A stretch of DNA of 64,000 nt from Adineta vaga. Its lineage: Eukaryota; Animalia; Rotifera. The position numbers and the translations under genes are program-made. The DNA lies in contig CP075493.1 of NCBI GenBank assembly GCA_021613535.1, positions 7,130,001 through 7,194,000 on the forward strand, written 5' to 3'. Position 1 is the stretch's first letter. Each line of letters opens with the position of its first letter. Below, one piece after another: positions 44,563 to 56,080 of the stretch. The notes beneath the pieces were generated by a model. The model was not told the DNA's origin. It made no database searches and saw nothing but the letters and a program-made list of their open reading frames with translations.

Positions 44563-44576
44563 GATACTATGGAAAC
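44563..44576 (-). promoter_or_regulatory. Putative RFX X-box upstream of IQCE
   Basis: GTTTCC-AT-AGTATC, one mismatch to the GTHNYY-AT-RRNAAC consensus, about 80 bp upstream of a ciliary gene ATG. Confidence 0.5.
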
Positions 44577-44821
44577 AATAAATAGCATACTTAATTGACG
44601 AGAAATTGCGACCTCTATGCATATGTCATGATTGGTTCAAGCGAGTGGAATATGATCGTATCGTAATAAAAAACAGAATCGCACACACCCACTTTCTCTT
44701 GTTCTCTTCTCTGTAGATGTGCTTGTTTGTTTTTCTTCGAACTTATTGCACTCATATTGTTGAAACTATTGGATTTTATTTTTCATCAATATTCCTTTTG
44801 TTTTAGACATAAATTTTAGAC

Positions 44822-47331
44822 ATGCTAGCAATAAGATACCGATTACCTACACATACAGCTCGACAAGTATTCGTTGCTAGTGTTAATAGCAGAAAAGAAC
44901 AGAAACGCTATGCAACTTTAACTATGCAAACACTTAACCCTCTTGTTAAAGAGGTAGAATATGCTGTTCGAGGTATAAAAAAGCATTATTTTCATTCGAT
45001 TTTGCCAAAGATTTCTTCTTATCTCTCTTATTCATAGGTCCGATTGTGATTCGTGCAGGTGAAATTGAAAATCAATTAAAGGTAAATACATATTTTATCT
45101 TATCATATGATTGTTTGTACCTAGAACTAAATGTTTGCATAGAATAAGAAGAAAATATATTTACTATCATAAAAATATCGAAAGATACCCTTTTCAATAC
45201 GTAAAAATATGTGCACCTGTGTTCTTGACTTTTGCATGTACAAAGTTTTATTTAAATTTCTATCAATGTAAATAAGTGTAATCTCCATCCGTTAGAGAGA
45301 GAGAGAGAAAGAAAGAAAATAAAGGATGAAATAACATACAAATATGTTCTTGATGGTTATTCGGTTTCTGTTTAAAAAAAGATCTGACTATTATTATTAA
45401 ATATTGTCATGAATATGAATGGATGTCTAACGATAGAAAATCTAAATCCACGTGTCATATCTATTGAATATGCTGTTCGAGGTCCAATCCTTACTCGTGC
45501 TGCTGAGATTGAAACAGAAATGAAATCAGTATTGATATTATTTCTATGATAGTTTTTTAAATTAATTTTCTGTTACTTTTTAGGGTAAGCACAATTTCCC
45601 ATTTGATCGAGTTATTCGAGCTAATATCGGTGATTGTCATGCTAGTGGAAATCAAGCACCAATTACATATATTCGACAAGTCTGTATCAAAGATTTCTTC
45701 TTATTTCCCGACAAATAAACAAACAAAATGATCGATTCTAGTTCGTAGCTGGTTGCACTCATCCAGAAATAATGAATTCGTCAAATTTTCCACAAGATGT
45801 TAAACAACGTGTCGAACGTTTATTATCAGCATGTGGTGGAAAAAGTCTTGGTTCATACACTGAAAGTCAAGGTATTGTAACTATACGAGAAGATGTTGCT
45901 ACTTATATTCAACAGCGAGACGGTTATCCATCAGATCCCAAACATATTTATCTTTGTAATGGAGCTTCTGATGGTATTAAAACTGTCATTAAGCTTTTAA
46001 TGAATAATAATGCCGCAAAACCCTCAGGAATTGTATGTTTAAATTCATTTTCAAACAATTTGAATTTGATTGATTTGCATCTTCTAGATGATTCCTGTAC
46101 CACAATATCCATTATATAGTGCAACATTATCTGAATATGGTGCACATCAAATTGAATATTATCTTGATGAAGACAATAACTGGGCTTTAAATATGGATGA
46201 ACTAGAACGTGCATTAAATGCAGCAAAAGATCAATGTGTTCCACGAGGTATTGTCATTATCAATCCAGGAAATCCTACCGGTAAAGAATAAATGTGAAAA
46301 TTTCATTTGTATATGCAACCTTTTCTTTTCTATATCAATTAGGTCAAGTACTGTCACGTGATAATATTGAAAATGTACTTCGATTTGGTAAGAAAAGCAT
46401 TTCAATTATTTTTTCTTGCTTTTAAGCAAAAAAACAAAATTTGTATTCTATAGCACATAAACATCAATTATTTGTCTTGGCTGATGAAGTCTATCAAGAA
46501 AATGTTTATTTACCTGGTTCAAAATTTTTTTCATTTAAAAAAGTTTTGATGGATCTTGGTTCACCATACAATCAAATGCAAATGGGTATGATAGACAAGA
46601 AAATATTGTTTGCTCAATCCTTATTGACATGTATCTTTTGTTTTTCTTTAAGCTTCATTTCATTCAGCATCAAAAGGTTGGCATGGAGAGTAAGTTGAAA
46701 TTGATTTCTCGTATAGAAACTATCTATTCTATTTGTCATTGTAGATGTGGTTCTCGTGGTGGCTATTATGAATTAATTAATCTTGATAATGATGTACGAA
46801 TGCAAGTAAATAAATTAATATCTGCATGTTTATGTTCGACCTCTTGGGGTCAAGCTGTTATGGGAGCAATTATAAATCCTCCGAAAGAAGGCGAAGAATC
46901 ATATGAACAGTATAAAAAAGAACGCACATCCGTAGTTAATCGATTAAAAGACAAAGCTGATCTTGTCAGTCAATTGTTCAATTCAATTGAAGGCGTACGT
47001 TGTAATGCTGTTATGGGGTAAATGATACAAAAAAAATATTTCTCATTATTATTATTAAAATTCTTTTAGAGCTATGTATGCATTTCCACGTATTGAAATC
47101 CCTAAGAAAGCAATAGAACATGCTAAATCGAAAAATATGGCACCCGATGCATTTTATTGCTTTCAATTACTTGAAAAAACTGGTATTTGTGTTGTACCTG
47201 GTAGCGGTTTCAAACAAAGACCTGGCACACATCATCTACGCACAACAATTTTACCACCTGTTGATCAAATGAAAGATATGGTTGAACGTTTTCGTACATT
47301 TCATATGTCTTTCTTACGAGAATGGAAATAG
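44822..47331 (+). CDS. GPT: Alanine aminotransferase (glutamate-pyruvate transaminase) with alternative N-terminal exons
   Basis: [59 protein letters not shown] (PLP Lys), GAMYAFP, VPGSGF, RTTILP. Confidence 0.96.
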
Positions 47332-48986
47332 ATATCCCGAGCTTGATCTGCCTTTCTGTTTTTCTATGATCGTAGTGTTTGTTTTATAGTCTTCTCTTTT
47401 CCTACCAGAGTATGTAAACCTTATGTTCTTTCGGTTTGTCTTATTCTAAACATGAGCATTGATATTTTTCTTTCTTTTGATTTAGTTAGTACTCAATGTT
47501 TATGTTTATACGAATGAACAAACACTGAACAAATAAATGAAGTATGGATATTAACTGAATGGAATAAATAATTCTCAAGTCTAAAATGTGATATGTTTAG
47601 TTTATTGCATATCAAGAAAAAACACGGAGAAAATGACTTCATATTCACAAATATCAAACGAAATCTATATTTCAGTATATCTCGATATAATTCTATCATT
47701 TTACTAAAATTGTTGTGTTTTGTTACTCTAAATATTTGGAGTAGTTATGTAATATTATTTTGTATACATACAGCGAATTGATAATTGAAAACTATCAGTC
47801 AAAACGAACGACGTCATATACTTTTTAATATCTTATCGGAAACATATGATTTGTAAGATAAGTAGGTAGATTGAGCATTACTCATGCACAAAAAATCATG
47901 CCTATGACTACTATTGACTAAAGTACGATGTACTCATAATTAAATCAATTAGTAAATTTTTAAAAACAACGTAATAGCAAGAACGATTCACATAACTATT
48001 GATACATGAGTCAGTTCTCTTATAGCTTCGAAACAAACAACTGCCTGACTATACTAGTGACGCAAGTGAGAAGAAAGAAAGGAGAATCTCTCCGTCTTCT
48101 AGCGACATATTGTGAGACATTAATCATCGTCAGCTATTGAGGTTCTTCATTATTTCCAACTGATTATCTCAAATAAAAAAAAAGACTGATCTATTCGGTT
48201 TCATTTACAACGTGATGAATCACGCTTGAATCAAGACAATGACAGTCTTGTTTTTTTGCATGATTAACATGACAAAGCATTTTTTTACTTGTTATTCCCT
48301 ACAACAGACAGAAACCGAGGTAGTAGAGGAAGAAAAGGAAATAAGTGAAGTTTACGATGTTTCATCTAAGCTTAACGAAATCGATTCTATGCGCCCACTT
48401 TATTTTCATGACAACTGCATCGTCATCACCACATTCGTTTCTTTCTCATATTATTCACCTTACGTATATATAAATATGCTTATATAACTCTTCTTTTTCT
48501 TTAATTTAACACAAAAAAACACGAAAAGACAGCGAGTAAAACTCAAAGTCGACAGCAAGAAAAGCAAACATTAAATCGGTAAGCTATGACAAGAAAATTT
48601 AGTTCTTCGATCATTATTTGTTGTGTAGTTGTGAATAGAAAGGTGCTCAACAGATCAACACACTCTCTCTAGAGAGATTAGATACCTAAAATTGGATATA
48701 TAGATAAAGTTGTTTTTTCGTTTATTCGCCAAAAGTACGGACTTGTTGACATGCACCCCTTCAGAAATTCTTGATTACACCCCCTACAGTTTTTTTATTT
48801 TTATGACTCTAGAATAATACAGAAAAGAACAGAAAGAAAAACGCCATCCTTATATTAAATAGCAGAATGGAAACTTCATTTCACTCAATGGATGTCATGC
48901 AATTCTATGAATAACTATATCATCATCTCTATTACATAGAATTCTTTTAAAAAAAATACTATGTATATATTTTAGAATAATAAATC

Positions 48987-50837
48987 ATGTTACATAGTCG
49001 CCGTGAAGTTGTACCATTTAATCAAGTTCAAGGTATTACCTCGACAAATGTTTACGCTTATTCAAATGGTGATGATCATTTTTACTCTGTTGAACGTCAT
49101 TATTTTCATGGAATATTTTTGGGTTTCAAATGGGAATGTATTGAATTCGCTCGTCGATGGCTTTTAATGCGTAAAAGTTGTGTATCTTCTATTATTCCTT
49201 GTGCTGCAGATATATGGATTAAATTACGAACACTCGAACGTGTCACTGACGGAAAACAAATTCCACTAATACCACATTTAAATGGTTCATCTATAAAACC
49301 TAAACGTGATTCATTACTTATTTATCCACGTACATCAGCATTACCATTTGGCCATGTCGCTATTATCTGTGATGTTGTACCCGGTTATATTCGTATTGCT
49401 GAACAGAATTATGAATATTATAATTGGTCGGATAATTATTCACGTGAAATTCCATTACGATTTGAAAATAATTGCTACTTTATCGAAGATCAACATAGTG
49501 TTTATGGATGGATGGAAATATCCGATAGTGAAAATTTGGAACCATTAGATGAAACAAAACTTGATTTAGTATTAAAACAATATCAACAGATTAATTCTGT
49601 TGGAACATTAGAACGATGTGTTATTCCACTTAAAACCTCGTCTTTATCATTTACATGGTTGAATGAAAACGATAAAGCCGAACAATTATTTATGAAATTA
49701 TATGGAACAGATCTAATACGTACAGATACGAATACTTTACCTTATTATAAAGCTAATCAAGAATTATTATTAAATATTGGTGGTGTATCGAATGAATTAC
49801 ATGATATGTTTCTTAAAGCAACTGAATATGTTTTAGAAAATGATGATTTATTAAGACATTTTTGTATTCCCGAAATTTTCTGGCCTAGAATTCGTCAATC
49901 ATGGTCGGATGAACAATATTTAACGATGACAGGAAGATTTGATTTAGCATTCAATGGAAAAGAAATCAAAGTTTTTGAATATAATGCTGATAGTGCTTCT
50001 GCTCTATTTGAAATGGCTGTAATACAAGAAAAATGGGCACAAACCATCAATTTCGAACGCACATTTATGTCTGGTTTTCAATTACATAATACTTTAATAA
50101 AAAATTGGAAGAAATTTTCTTCAATGAAACGTGTACATATTTTAATTGATACAGACCAAGAAGAATTATTAACTGCTTATTATATGCAAAATGTTTTGAA
50201 AGATTCTGGAATTGATTCGAAAATATGCATTCTAACTGATGATTTGTACTGGAAAGATTCCAAGATTATCGATAATGATGGTTATGAAGTTGAATTAGTA
50301 TGGAAATTATGGATGTGGGAAACCGTCTTTAGTAATTATCTTCAATGTGAAAAAGAAGACAATCTAAATCGACAAATCAATGGTGAACATCCGTATCTTC
50401 ATCAAATTTTATTAAATCAACAAATTAAAGTTATTGAACCATTATGGAAAGTTATTCCAAGTAATAAAGCAATTTTACCAGTTCTATGGTTATTATATCC
50501 TAATCATCCTAATCTATTACGTAGTGAATATATTTTAACAGACGAATTAAAACAAGTGCCATTTGTAAAAAAACCAATTGTTGGTCGTTGTGGTCATAAT
50601 GTTACTTTATTTGATGTTAATGGTGAAGCAGTTATTGATGAAACACAAGGCATTTTTATTGATCGAAATTGCATCTATCAAGAATTATTTTCTTTAACAA
50701 ATTTCGATGGATATTATCCGATTATTGGAAGTTGGATTGTCCACGGATTGTTTGGTGGATTTGGTATACGAGAAGATAAGAAATTAATTACCGACGCCGA
50801 AAGTCCAGTGACGGCTTGCTGTATAGTTTGGAAATAG
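48987..50837 (+). CDS. gsp: Bifunctional glutathionylspermidine amidase/synthetase (Gsp / trypanothione-synthetase family); intronless CDS, likely horizontally acquired
   Basis: N-terminal CHAP amidase (KWECIEFARRW, GHVAII, IAEQN) and C-terminal ATP-grasp synthetase (GRFDLAF, FEYNADSAS, WKLWMWE, EPLWKVIPSNKAILP, KKPIVGRCGHNV, QELF, GIRED); 616 aa. Confidence 0.93.
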   Translation: MLHSRREVVPFNQVQGITSTNVYAYSNGDDHFYSVERHYFHGIFLGFKWECIEFARRWLLMRKSCVSSIIPCAADIWIKLRTLERVTDGKQIPLIPHLNGSSIKPKRDSLLIYPRTSALPFGHVAIICDVVPGYIRIAEQNYEYYNWSDNYSREIPLRFENNCYFIEDQHSVYGWMEISDSENLEPLDETKLDLVLKQYQQINSVGTLERCVIPLKTSSLSFTWLNENDKAEQLFMKLYGTDLIRTDTNTLPYYKANQELLLNIGGVSNELHDMFLKATEYVLENDDLLRHFCIPEIFWPRIRQSWSDEQYLTMTGRFDLAFNGKEIKVFEYNADSASALFEMAVIQEKWAQTINFERTFMSGFQLHNTLIKNWKKFSSMKRVHILIDTDQEELLTAYYMQNVLKDSGIDSKICILTDDLYWKDSKIIDNDGYEVELVWKLWMWETVFSNYLQCEKEDNLNRQINGEHPYLHQILLNQQIKVIEPLWKVIPSNKAILPVLWLLYPNHPNLLRSEYILTDELKQVPFVKKPIVGRCGHNVTLFDVNGEAVIDETQGIFIDRNCIYQELFSLTNFDGYYPIIGSWIVHGLFGGFGIREDKKLITDAESPVTACCIVWK

Positions 50838-51431
50838 GCATAAAAAAATCCTTTTTTTTTAGATAACAAACGCAATCTTTTACTTTTCTTTTTCTCTTTC
50901 GTTCTCTTTGTAATTATTAAACCGAAGATTTTTCTTTTTGTCAAATATTAAATACTAGCAGTTTTCCGTGACTGTATATACAACGATTTTCATTTCATGA
51001 ATGATGTAAGAAAGTTTACTAATCTGTTTTTTGTCAAACTCTCAAAATCGAACAAATGAAGAGTCAAAATCTAGGAGTAAAGCTACTCTTCAATCTTAAT
51101 CTTTTCTCCTTCGAGAGACGCGATAAGAAGTAATTCAAAATATTACATTCGACCAGCTTTTTTTCTCATCACCAGATGAAGTAGGTTGTTTTTGTCTAAA
51201 GTCTATTCGAAATACTCGAATCCATGCTGGGATTTGTTAATCAATATTTGAACTTATCGAATTCATGAAATAACAAATTTTAATAGTATTCTTTAAGAAG
51301 AATGTCATTTGCCCGTTGCACGCAAAAACAAACTAGCCTATCAAAAGAAAACAAACGAATTTTGTCACACATATACAAAAGTTATTTGATCATTGTCATG
51401 ATTTGTACAAAAGAAAATAATTGAAATAGGT

Positions 51432-52612
51432 CTATTTCTCTAATTGACTATTAGTTCGATGTATAGGTGATGATGATGATGCTCTTGAGGGATGATTATT
51501 TCCATTACTAAGATTATCATTAGTGGTGATAATATTATGATCATTGTTGATTAATTCAGTTATTCGAACAGATACACCATCGACAGTTATGGTTGTCGTT
51601 GTATGTATTGATGAGGAATTTGATGATGTCGATGATGAAGAAGACATGGATGAAAGTGAAGATAATTTTGTTTTTTTTCTTAAAGAATAAAGTTTGATTC
51701 GTGATGATTAAGTTATGTAAGAAAACTATTACTTTTTTTGCTGTACATGATTTTTCGCTTTATTTCGATCATTTGTTGTTGTTGTTGATGTTGTTGTTGT
51801 TTTTGATTTTTGATTATGATCATTTGATTGTCGTTGTTTATTGTCTTTCGATTTTGATGATTGATGTTTCAAAGATTTCTTTTGATCACTATCATTATTT
51901 AGATTTTTTCTATTTGGAATTAATGAAGATGCTGATTTAGTTGATCGTGATAAAGAATTGAATGTTGCACGTTTCTTTGTTGTTGATACTTTTGAATGAT
52001 CATTTACTTTTGAAGATGATGATGGAGAAGCTGAACGATATGATTGTATTGTTGTCGTAGATGATGCTGGCGAGGAAATACTTTCATTAAAATGATCACT
52101 TGGAAATGATCGTCGTGTATGATTTTGATGAGATTGAGTACTTTTTCGTTCTTCATGATGAAATTCTTCATCATCATCATCATCATCATCGTCATCATCT
52201 TGACCATCACTATCATCAGTAGTTGACGCATCTGATGAATAATCTTCATTTGTTTTACGTTTCGATCGAGGTAATTGTTCAACATGTTTATTCACGACAA
52301 GTTTTGGTTTACTAGATAGAAAACAGATAGAATTTTAGGTCTTTAAAAATTCGTTTGTACAAACATTTATTCAATTTACGTTACAAACAAGCGTTTTTTT
52401 TTCTTTTAAATTTAAAACTTACCGAGTTGCAGTTCCTTTTCTCGAATCACACATTTCACATCGAAATGCTACACATGGATTTTTATATGTACATAATGAG
52501 CAATCCCATGTTCCATCATTAATTACTACACGTGATCGTTTCGTTCTAGCAAAATATAAGATATTCAATAGAAGAACTCACATTTAATATCAACCTACTT
52601 TCGATCCGTCAT
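51432..52612 (-). CDS. RYBP: RYBP/YAF2 (non-canonical PRC1 subunit)
   Basis: RanBP2-type finger WDCSLCTYKNPCVAFRCEMCDSRKGTATR and C-terminal ITVDGVSVRITEL motif; 4 exons. Confidence 0.88.
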
Positions 52613-52703
52613 GATTGTCGACGTTGACGATTCATATAAGATGAATATGAAAAAAGAAATTCTATTCTCTATCTAAAAATACAAGACAATATTCTTTAAT
52701 TGT

Positions 52704-53385
52704 TCAATTTTCTCCCGAAGATTTTTTCTTTTTTTCGGCTTCAACTTTTTTTTTCAAACGTTCAGTATATTCAAGTTTTGCTTGTCGATCAGCAGCAAAT
52801 TGGCGATAATTATTGATACCTTTCGGTACTGTATTAAGAAATTCTTTCATATTCGAATATGTTCCTTCTACTGCATTGCCCATATGCATTTGCATGCCAG
52901 CAAAACGTGTACGACATGATTGATCACAATACGGTGCCTTTTCCGTTGTTTTACACATACATAAATCTGCCAATTGAAATTTTGATGATGTAAATTTCAA
53001 TGGTCGAAAATCACCTTTTAAATGTTTACATGATTGATCGCAAAATGCCTGAATATAAAGATAATTATCTTTTCTCGAACGAAAATAATCTTACTTGATG
53101 TTCTGCATAACCACATGAACACCAATAGTAGGTTTTATTAGGAAATAATTCTGTTTTAATTGATTGAAAACCACCAATACGTTTTCGATGAAGACTAGCT
53201 TCAGGATTTGAACGTGCTTGAAATGATGTTTTCAAAAATTCCCAAAATGGTATTCGAACATTCTATAAAAGGTTCAGAAAAAAACAAATTTGAATTTGAA
53301 AATTAACATCATTCAACAACGTACGCACACGTTTTGATATAATGGTTTGATTTGATGAATGAATCAATCGATTAAAATGAAACAT
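52704..53385 (-). CDS. CISD3: CDGSH iron-sulfur domain protein 3 (MiNT/Miner2)-like, variant motifs
   Basis: Mitochondrial-like leader and two NEET-type motifs, KTYYWCSCGYAEHQAFCDQSC and LCMCKTTEKAPYCDQSC, joined by a PLKF linker. Confidence 0.85.
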
Positions 53386-53561
53386 GTTTATCTAAAAAAT
53401 ACAGAAGATAAGTTAACAATGGGAAGATATTTGGAATAATATATATATATAGATTTTATATATACAAATGATGGCAAGAAAAGAAAAGAAAAGAAAATGT
53501 TGTTGCACATAAAGAAAAGAAAAGAAATCATCATGGCGGATTGTTTTAATCATTTAGTAAC

Positions 53562-54643
53562 TTAAAGTGACGTATTAAAAGCTTCTTTAATCATTGTTTT
53601 GACATGATTAACAATGGTTGGCGTGTCACTAAAATGAATCTATATGAGAAAGAAAAGATACATAAGAAACAATTTGTTTTATTGAAAAGAATTTACTTTG
53701 AATAAATATGGTTGAATATCAGTATAAGATGTATCGAAAACTAAATCCAATTCAGATAGATGAGGTGGTTTAGGAACATAATCTGGTTTGTTACTAAAAG
53801 AAAAGAATTGTTGAAATCAAGTTTGTCTTTTTCTCAAATTATCTTACATAATTTCAGTTATTTGAAAAATACGTTCAGTTAATGTATCCGAGAGTTTTTC
53901 ACGCATAAATTGTCGTTCTAAATTGCAGAATATTCAATTTAGATTTCACCAAATATTGTTGATATAATGTGACTTACCATTCTCACTGGATAATTGCATT
54001 TGTTCAATTTTAATTGTCCAAATTTCCCAAGGAATTTCTTCAGGTTTAAACATCCAACGAGATTTTTTCTTTTGATAAAATTCAAGTGTAATCTAATGTA
54101 ATAAAATTATTCAGCAATAGTATGGGAAAAGATTCGATTTGAAATTACTTGACCACTACGATTTGCTTCGGATGAACGAAGTTTATCATGAAATTGATTG
54201 ATTTTTTCAGCAACTGCTCGTTGAAGTTCTTGACTAGTTACTTGAAGCTAAACAAAAACATATTTATAATATGATATCATATGATTCTACAAAAACAAAA
54301 GGCGCAGTAAGGACGTGTTTTTATGTTATATTTATGAAAATATTTTATCTTTATTCGTTTACGATGAAACAATGTAGAATCGTAATAAATGATACTTACA
54401 TATGTGAAATCGATATAATCACAATCAACATCTGTATAACCTAACGTTCCAACTGAATAACTATCTTCTCCTTTGGTATGATACTAGGAAAAAAAGAAGA
54501 ATCAAACATGAAACGATGAATTTTTATCAACAAACTTTTCCTACACAACGATGAAACAGTATTGTATGAAACATACAAGATACAACTTCATCTATTTGTC
54601 GACCTTCGACTGCAAATTCAAAAGTTTGAGATCGCGCATTCAT
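53562..54643 (-). CDS. ATG101: Autophagy-related protein 101
   Basis: MNARSQTFE...FHTILFHR, YSVGTLGYTDVDCDYIDFT, LEFYQKKKSRW, IPWEIW, FDTSYTDIQPYLF. Confidence 0.93.
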
Positions 54644-54721
54644 TTTAATCTGAAAAACAAAGAAAATAACGAAATTCTTTCATTCACTGGAAGAAAAAAA
54701 AAATAAACCAATGAAAAATTT

Positions 54722-56002
54722 TTATGAAGAAGAAGTCGGTAATTTTTTCGTTTTTTTCAAAGCACAAGCTTCTTCATAAGCTGGATGAATAGGTCGTTGA
54801 ATTGGCTCAATATATTCTTGTTCTAATGGATATGTTTTATCCGAATCAAAACCATCGAGACTTCCACATGCAATGAATGGTATAATAGATGAAGATGTTT
54901 CTGCATTATTCAATGTTCGTTCGTATGTATAAACAAATGGTTCATCCATATTTGGAATGAAATTATCCGGTAAATGAAATTGTCGACAAACAATAAAGGA
55001 TTCAACAGATGAATTTCTTGATGAACGTGGTTTAGCAATGACGACATCATCAAAGAATAATTTTAATTGTTGATAAAGTAAATCAATATTTTTTGTACGA
55101 AAAATTTTCGATACAAAATTTCCGTTTTCACATAAAACATGTAGACAAATGTTTAGTGCAGCTAAGACAAGATTTCCTTGAACAAATTCATCAATATCAT
55201 GTAAACCGGTCACATCAGGTGCACCATCACAGATCACTAAATCAGCTTTATTAATTTTATCATCAGATGTTTTGAAACGATTAAGAATTTCTTCGATTGT
55301 TGAACGTTTCGTTATATCACCTTTGATTTGTTCGACACCAGGTAAAGGAGCCATTGTTTGTAAATCAACAGCAACGATTTTAACTTGTTCATCGACCGAA
55401 TCAGTCTTATATAAAGTACGAGAAAGTACTTGTGACCAGCTTCCTAAGAATAAAATGCATAAAAATCAAATATTGACTACAGAATATCTTTACTATCATA
55501 TTCCCAATTAAAAGGGGAAGATTTTAAGAAAATACGTATCAGTTAGCTAAATAATTTCATTCTATGTGATTGCCAATGAGAGACATAATTTGTCACAATA
55601 TTATATTATTATTTTTTTTGTGCTTTATTAATGTCTGTGACCGTATTTCAATTTGTATAGACATTTTTTTCCTGTATAACTGATAATGTGCATCAAATGA
55701 AGCATACAAAGGTTCAAGGACTGATTAATTTGACTACTAATAAAATTTTTATGAATTTGTTCATCAATTGACGAGTGTTCTACTCGTGTTTAACTGAAGG
55801 AAAATATATTTGTAAATATATACATTAAAATGAAGAACCTACCAGGTGCTGCACAAAGATCGACGACACGTTTGACATTATCATTTAAAATATTAAATTC
55901 ACTGTTTATTTGTAGAAGTTTAAAAGCAGATCTTGCACGAAGACCTTGTTCTTTTGCCAAACGATAATAAATATCTCGTTTATCTTTTGTTGATTTACCC
56001 AT
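54722..56002 (-). CDS. FTSJ1: tRNA (cytidine32/guanosine34-2'-O)-methyltransferase (Trm7)
   Basis: [64 protein letters not shown]; one intron. Confidence 0.96.
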
Positions 56003-56080
56003 CTGAAATACGACAAAAAAAGAGAAGAAACAAACAAATATTTATACACAAGAGGAAAAAAAATTTATCGATATTTTTAT

